Both the position numbers and the translations under genes were made by a program. A model generated the notes under the pieces. That model was not told the DNA's origin, did no database searches, and saw only the letters and a list, made by a program, of their open reading frames with translations. Source: Chrysomallon squamiferum (lineage: Eukaryota; Animalia; Mollusca). Taken from it: a stretch of 64,000 nucleotides of DNA. Numbering within the stretch: position 1 is the first letter of the stretch; the number at the start of each line of letters is the position of its first letter. Shown piece by piece: positions 60,618 through 64,000 of the stretch. The stretch is taken from positions 21,266,001 through 21,330,000 of the forward strand of contig CM022665.1 of the NCBI GenBank assembly GCA_012295275.1. Direction: 5' to 3'.

Positions 60618-63600
60618 GACATATAGATAGCTAGACAGATACAGATACATTAAGGAATTTGTAGAAGGGCATTTGCAGATCCATAAATGTTACAAGTGGA
60701 GTAATATTTCTATTATAAAGTTAAATAAAAAAATACTGACAGATACAATCCTCTAATTCTCTATCTTTGGCATGATCATTGATGAATAAATTTTAAAAAT
60801 ACCTTGAGTAGTATGAAAGCAGAGCTTTGTCTGGAGTAGTCATGCAGATCCTCCTCACAGAAACACAACAAAACCTGCAGCTTTTCTGAGTTGATTTTGT
60901 AGAATTTTACATCTTTTACCAACACTGTCACACACTGAAAAATACAGAATTCAGTGAAAGAAAGAAAAAAAAAAAAATCTTAACACATTTTAATGCTGTC
61001 AGTTTTCAAACATGTAAAAAATAGGTCAGTATTTAAAAGATGAAACTCTTGTTACCATTCCTTGGGTTATTCTCACTGTTTGGCTAAAGTAATCTTTACT
61101 ATTCACCTTCCCAGAGACAGCAAAACCCGTTTCAGTGCCTCTGATAAACCCATTAATGATTTTAGCTGAATCAATGAAATAGCTTAATGGGCTATCTGAA
61201 AACAATTAATATCACAGCTTATCACAACTCATCTTACAGAACTAAAGACCAATCAAATTGTAACATTAATTTACATCATGTCCTGAACAGTATTTCAGTT
61301 TCTGAGTTTTTCATATTGCTTATTTCAGACAACAATCATAGGTCTGTATAGCTATAACCATTATTAATGTTTAAAATTTAACATTTATACACAAATAAAC
61401 TGAGATATGCTTAAATTGTTGCAGTTACCTTAAAACAAGTGAAAACCAGTTCCAAGTTGTCTCCCTTCGCTGCTCCAGCAGATGCATAGTTTTTCAGTAA
61501 GACGAACAAGCCATTTGCTATTTTGTCAATGTTTTTCTTGAGCGCAGGAAGAGGAAACTTGAGTAGCCACAACAAACAACGCATACTGAAAGTATTGATC
61601 TGAAAAAAAATAACAAGATTAGTTTCTGATTAAATAAACCTCTTAACATGGAGAGAGGAATTTCTAATATAAAACAGCAGAATATTTCAAATGATTATTT
61701 TTATTTCATAAATGGTTCTAATTTACCCCAGCTTCAGCAGTCAAATCATTTTAATAAAAAATATTTTGCATTATCTATGTTTTATAGTATTACAAAAAAA
61801 ATCTTTAAGCTTTTTAAGAACCACAGAAAAAAAAGAATGTATATATTATATATAATTATTAACAAAAATGTATCTTGATATAACAGAATTAATGATAAAT
61901 TAATGTTTTTAGATTTAAGCTTAATAAAAACTATTTTCCTGAAAATGTTTTTGATTCTGTATTAGAATTAATGGAAAATAAATGATTTTAGACAAGCTAA
62001 ATGGAAATTATTTCACCTTGATATGTTTTGACTCCAGACACTCGGCCAGTGGACCAATCATTGGATCAAGAAGCTGTAAATGACTGTTGTCACGGGCAAC
62101 CAGGTAAGATCTTTTTAAACACAGATGAAGAAGCTGAAATAGGATTTTAAAAATAATTTACTGTAATAATTACTTCTTTCAATAATAAAAATAAAATTAT
62201 TAATTTACAACAGTTTGAATCTCCTATGTCCAAAATCCTCACGTGCATTTCAGGAATTTTAATATTTTTTTCATATTGGTAATACTTTATAATTAACACA
62301 ATGGATCACACACTCACACTGTTATTATTATTAATATTACTATTGTTAATATTTGTTGTTGCTGTGGGGTTTTTTTGTTTTCCTTACTGTTTTTGATTTT
62401 CAAAGTAATAACTTTTTAAGCAGGCAGATTTCATGTAAATATATAAATTTTTTTTAATTTCATTCTATTTAAAAAAAAAAAAAAAGATTTATGTTTTCTA
62501 CCTGAAGTCTGCACTGGCAGATTTCAAGTAAATAATTTTCTTAATTTATTCATTTTTTTTTTACCTTAAGTCCAAACTCGACAATAACATGGATGTTTGT
62601 TTTCTTTGCTGTTTTTGGTTTCTCTCCTCCACGTGGAAGCCGAGTTTCCAGCAGAAGACAGTTAGGAGGTTGCAGTCTGCAATCCTCTCTTACCTTCTTT
62701 GTGTTGTTTTCTCTGAAATAAGTATTTAAATATGAAATTATCAGACGATTGCAGCAATCTTCATATTCATATAATATTTAGGTTTCTAGCGATATCAATA
62801 TGCCTACAATATTCATTTTCTAGCCATATTCATATATTATTCAAACAATATTTAGGTTTTGTTAGTTTTATTTTCTCTGAAATAAACATATAACTACCAC
62901 ATCCTCAGTAAATTCTAGCAGCATTATAATTCAAGCAATATTAATATTCCTGCAATATTCAGGTTCTTGGAATATCCACATTCTAGCAATATCAATGTTC
63001 ATGTTATGTTTCAGTTCACATTCATGCAATATTCAGATTCCAGTAATATTCATGTTCAAGCTATATTTAGAGTAGAAATATCCATATTGCTGCAATATTC
63101 AGATTGAAGCACTCTCAAATTCAAGAAATATTTAGGTTTGTAGCAATATTCAGTATCTACATTAAATATTATAAAGTGACTGTTTATTTAATCTGTATTG
63201 CAAGTTCTGCTAATAATAAAGTCTGAATATAACATATAACAAACTGATAAAGATATATAAAGATCGACATTTTTAGTTTTAAAAAAAAGAAATCTATCTA
63301 ATTGAAAGAAAAGAAAACTTTTAAAACCTAAGCATAGGCAAGACTATTCATTTCCTCACATTTCATTATACTTTATTAGTAGTAAATATTGGTGTAACAG
63401 TATAAATAAAAGAATTAAACAGAAGTCATAAAATATATTTCAAATTCAGTACCACAAATACATTTAAATTATATGCATCAAAGATCAAGGAAAAGTGCAA
63501 TATATCAATCTGAATCATAAAATGTAAAATCTCATAAAATGCAAATTCATAAAAAGACCATCAAATCAGCTCTCCTTTCTATTAGGAAAGTGCATTTAAA

Positions 63601-63974
63601 AGTGATTTTGCTGATATTTCATAAAAGTAGCAGATAGATGATGGATAGATATAAAAGAGATTCTGGTGATACAGCATAAAAGAAGCCAAAATAAGACTGA
63701 CAGGCAAGTTTTCTTTTTTGTATTATCAAAACAAAATAAGTGTATAAGTTTTTAAACGCAGCAAATATACGTATGTACATCAGATAAATTGTTAAAACAG
63801 TTCTCACTTGGAGGATTCTTGTAGTATGTTGGCTGTGTCAAATGTCAGAGTGTGAATAAAAAGCATCAGTGTCTCTATCGGTATTGACTTGTTTTCCATC
63901 AGTCCATGTGAAATATTTCTAAATATGTCCTGAACTTTGACAGCTATTTTGTGACTGTGTGTTCCCTCCAATAT
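50769..63974 (-). CDS. UTP20: UTP20 (SSU processome component 20), 3' part: join of 63808-63974, 62565-62712, 62017-62133, 61429-61599, 60803-60934, 60284-60394, 59616-59765, 58574-58693, 57830-57892, 57065-57202, 56500-56632, 56033-56205, 55663-55734, 55303-55497, 54272-54392, 51572-51717, 50769-50921; gene continues beyond the window end
   Basis: 17 GT-AG exons with consistent phases. Peptides such as RLQCRQVIQQYLLDYPLG, GRESTLEMMA, HVHSHLLYAHVWVRLVSAQLFGLLFAS, RTSVFKWLAA and AVSNPEIAARKRLKKNLSKKEAKKRKI match the recalled human UTP20 C-terminus; TAA stop at 50771-50769. Confidence 0.93.
52450..54170. repeat. 32-bp minisatellite, about 50 copies, in a UTP20 intron (CTTACTGACTTGTACTAGATATTTACATCCAT)
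   Basis: Period 32 (tgac at 52561 and 52593); a few truncated units; degenerate edges. Confidence 0.95.
54393..54720 (-). repeat. About 5 degenerate tandem copies of a UTP20 3' splice-site region
   Basis: actggttctctgtaaac-like units (minus strand gtttacag|agaaccag) mimic the true gtttag|agaactag. Confidence 0.7.
58250..58573 (-). repeat. Two extra tandem copies (~150-165 bp) of a UTP20 exon end plus 5' splice site
   Basis: ttatctaccttttcaag at ~58255, ~58402 and the true site ~58566; flanking intron sequence (aacactaaattta..ctatacttc, tattctgacatgaaa) is also repeated. Confidence 0.85.
62750..63160. repeat. Degenerate short-period repeat (gcaatattca core) in a UTP20 intron
   Basis: Many tagcaatattcagg-like units. 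Confidence 0.65.
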
Positions 63975-64000
63975 CTGTCAATAAAGTAAAAATTTCAATG

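Overview
AT-rich, microsatellite-rich animal genomic DNA, possibly a mollusc (tentative, from degenerate SINE-like fragments). Three intron-containing genes lie on the minus strand: (1) the last 17 coding exons of UTP20 (50769-63974; the gene runs off the right edge); (2) a complete synaptotagmin of the SYT3/6/9/10 class (TM-C2A-C2B, about 459 aa, 10976-42658) with two candidate alternative first coding exons; (3) the first three coding exons of a CEP162-like gene (454-1490; runs off the left edge). Repeats include a Tigger/pogo remnant, two copies of an hAT-type MITE with 8-bp TSDs, a degenerate MULE transposase and 43-bp and 32-bp minisatellites. The most striking structure is an inverted repeat with arms of about 2.7 kb (~25220-27945 and ~29495-32353) that brackets only the 836-nt TM+C2A exon of synaptotagmin. 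This architecture suits back-splicing (circRNA), exon skipping and A-to-I editing; the predicted circle would encode a soluble C2A-only protein. A second theme is tandem, degenerate duplication of exon/intron junctions (decoy splice sites) next to many exons of both large genes. Most ORFs in the supplied track are microsatellite artefacts. Gene identities rest on recalled similarity to human proteins, not on a database search.
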